Positions 32,663 through 34,217 of a DNA stretch of 34,217 nt are shown here, piece by piece. Source of the stretch: Polyangiaceae bacterium (lineage in GTDB: Bacteria > Myxococcota_A > Polyangia > Polyangiales > Polyangiaceae). Below the pieces are notes generated by a model. The model was given only the letters and a program-made list of their open reading frames with translations, was not told where the DNA came from and did no database searches. The translations under genes were made by a program, and so were the position numbers. Location: positions 1-34,217 of the forward strand of contig DASWDH010000039.1 of assembly GCA_036395495.1 (NCBI GenBank). The letters run 5' to 3'. The number at the start of each line of letters is the position of its first letter. The stretch's first letter is position 1.

Positions 32663-33949
32663 TCATGAAAAAAATCTTCGAACGTCCGATCCCACCGTCT
32701 GTGCTTGGCTCCGGATGACCTCGAGCGAAGGTCCGGTTCCGGCCAGCTCGCCCGCGCACCAGACCGAATCGACCGCGCGTCCGCAGGGGTCCGTCTCGGG
32801 CAGGTACCCGCCGCGTGTGGGATCGAACACGATGCGCGCACCGGCCTGCTCGGCGAGCTCGAACGAAGGTGCCCCCGCTACCTCGACCAACACCGCGTCG
32901 ACGTCGGTACGGCGCGACGCGCGAGATCGGCGAGCTTGCGAACGTGAAGCTGGATCGCGAATCGCGACAGACGTGACCCGGGCGCGCCCTTCGACCGCGA
33001 TCGCGACTCCCTCAGGTACCGTGATGGCTTCGATGCGCCCGCGCATCCGCGTGAGGAATGCGTCGGCATAGGGGCCGGCGCCGAGTATGGCGACCTTGCG
33101 GCCGATCAGGATGCCGTGATGAGCAAGCAACGCCGCCGCGCGCGCCGAAACGACTCCCGGCAAGTCGTTGCCGGCAAAAGGCGCGATCGCGTCGTGCACG
33201 CCTGTTGCGAGAACGAGCGCCCGCGGTTTCACGAGGATCGCTTCCTCACCGATGAGGAGCACCTCTTGATCGTAGATTCCGGCGGCGGCCGTAGCACGGT
33301 AAAGCTGCACGCTGGCAGGGTCGGGCACCGGCATGCCACGCGCGCGTAGGGATCCTCCCGGCGCGACCCCATCGTCGGCCACGATGATGCGAAGGGCCGG
33401 CGTCGAGGAAGCGAGCAAGAGCGCCACCGTGAGACCGGCGGGCCCCGCACCGACGATAAGGACGTCTGCCTCTTCGCGTCGCGCGGCGCCGGGACCCCGA
33501 GGGTCATCGGGCAAACGACCGAGCCCGGCGACGTGCCGCGCCACTTTCTGGACGACGAACGACGCGGCCGGAACGCCCGCCAAAAAATGGTGGTGGTCGA
33601 TTCCCTGCGGGAAGAACCAATCGGTGACCCGCATGAGATCCATCTTGCGCGAGCCGAGGACATTCTGCGTTTCCGCGCGCTCTCCTCCCTGGCATGCACG
33701 TAGACACGTGAGGACGTTCGGCTCACCGTTCACGCGCAAAATGCACCCGTCGCACCCCCCCCGAAGACAGTACGGCCCGTGAGGACGGTGAAGCTTGGGA
33801 CTGCGCGACAGCGCCAGCCGATCGGCTGCGATGAGCGCGAATGCAAGCGGCTCGCCCCGCTCCGCCGTGATCGCCTCCCCATCGAACTCGAACTCGACGG
33901 GTTGTTTCGGCGGTTCGAGGCGGCTCGCCATCGCCGACGACGATAGCAT
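32663..33949 (-). CDS. FAD/NAD(P)-dependent oxidoreductase with an N-terminal 2Fe-2S domain (sarcosine oxidase alpha / opine oxidase A / HcnB-like)
   Basis: The N-terminal Cys cluster is GPYCLRGGCDGCILRVNGEPNVLTC. Two dinucleotide folds are present (VLIVGAGPAGL and VAILGAGPYA). The C-terminal block is VWCAGELAG. ATG lies at 33947-33949, with ATG at 33929-33931 as the alternative. Confidence 0.75.
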   Translation of the reverse strand: MLSSSAMASRLEPPKQPVEFEFDGEAITAERGEPLAFALIAADRLALSRSPKLHRPHGPYCLRGGCDGCILRVNGEPNVLTCLRACQGGERAETQNVLGSRKMDLMRVTDWFFPQGIDHHHFLAGVPAASFVVQKVARHVAGLGRLPDDPRGPGAARREEADVLIVGAGPAGLTVALLLASSTPALRIIVADDGVAPGGSLRARGMPVPDPASVQLYRATAAAGIYDQEVLLIGEEAILVKPRALVLATGVHDAIAPFAGNDLPGVVSARAAALLAHHGILIGRKVAILGAGPYADAFLTRMRGRIEAITVPEGVAIAVEGRARVTSVAIRDPASRSQARRSRASRRTDVDAVLVEVAGAPSFELAEQAGARIVFDPTRGGYLPETDPCGRAVDSVWCAGELAGTGPSLEVIRSQAQTVGSDVRRFFS

Positions 33950-33984
33950 CTAGGTACTAGAGTGTGTCAGAACTCGAGGCACCG

Positions 33985-34217
33985 ATGAACGTCTTCCTCT
34001 TCGGTGGCAGCTTCAACCCTCCGCACGTCGCGCACGTTCTGGCGGTCGCCTATGTGCTCGCCACGCAGGACGCCGATCGCGTGATCGTCATCCCGTGCTA
34101 CCGGCATCCCTTCCGCAAAGACCTTGCCCCGTTCGAGCACCGCTTTGCCATGTGCGAGCTGGCGATGGGATGGCTCCCGCGCACGTCCATCTCGGCCGTC
34201 GAGCAGGAGCTGGGCGG
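33985..34217 (+). CDS. nadD: nicotinate-nucleotide adenylyltransferase, N-terminal part (runs off the right edge)
   Basis: ATG at 33985 is preceded by GAGG 5 nt upstream. The translation is MNVFLFGGSFNPPHVAHVL, which carries the (H/T)xGH nucleotidyltransferase motif GGSFNPPHxxH. The frame stays open to the end of the window and is absent from the ORF track because it has no stop. Confidence 0.85.
   Translation, partial: MNVFLFGGSFNPPHVAHVLAVAYVLATQDADRVIVIPCYRHPFRKDLAPFEHRFAMCELAMGWLPRTSISAVEQELG

Noticed and set aside
1-34217. Whole-window scan for CRISPR-like regularly spaced repeats, IS ends or transposases, integrases, reverse transcriptases and toxin-antitoxin pairs
   Set aside because: No non-coding stretch exceeds 261 bp. 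No regularly spaced direct repeats were seen. None of the translated ORFs shows DDE, tyrosine or serine recombinase, RT (YxDD) or typical small TA-pair features.

Overview
High-GC, tightly packed chromosomal window. I call 32 protein-coding genes on both strands. Most intergenic gaps are under 150 bp and the longest is 261 bp. Several gene junctions show start/stop overlap. I found no rRNA, tRNA, CRISPR array, transposase, integrase, reverse transcriptase or long repeat. Gene content suggests a Myxococcota-like genome, which is inference only: a Hanks-type Ser/Thr kinase with a PEGA-like tail, an FHA-GGDEF protein, Pro/Ala-rich linkers, lipoproteins and heavy GTG/TTG start usage. Most of the window is housekeeping: lysA, pyk, metG, gltX, thymidine phosphorylase, ccmB, nadD, a lytic transglycosylase and a CPBP protease. 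Three neighbourhoods look accessory. (1) 1999-7148: a type III Mod-like DNA methyltransferase whose stop overlaps the start of a SAMHD1/COG1078-type HD phosphohydrolase, with no nuclease or helicase partner. It sits divergent from a 719-aa protein whose C-terminus resembles XPB-N-terminal/helicase-associated modules. (2) 18574-24314: a WYL regulator followed by a KamA-type radical-SAM aminomutase and BoxC/BoxB epoxybenzoyl-CoA enzymes, with no BoxA reductase or CoA ligase in the window. (3) 28256-31873: a histone-H1/AlgP-like Lys/Ala-tailed protein, a pyruvoyl arginine decarboxylase, a small ORF, an SRPBCC-like protein and a GNAT plus ATP-grasp ligase pair. None of these can be shown to be a new system from sequence alone, so they are ranked as candidates with explicit tests. 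All family calls rest on motifs read by eye from the translations, with no database search.
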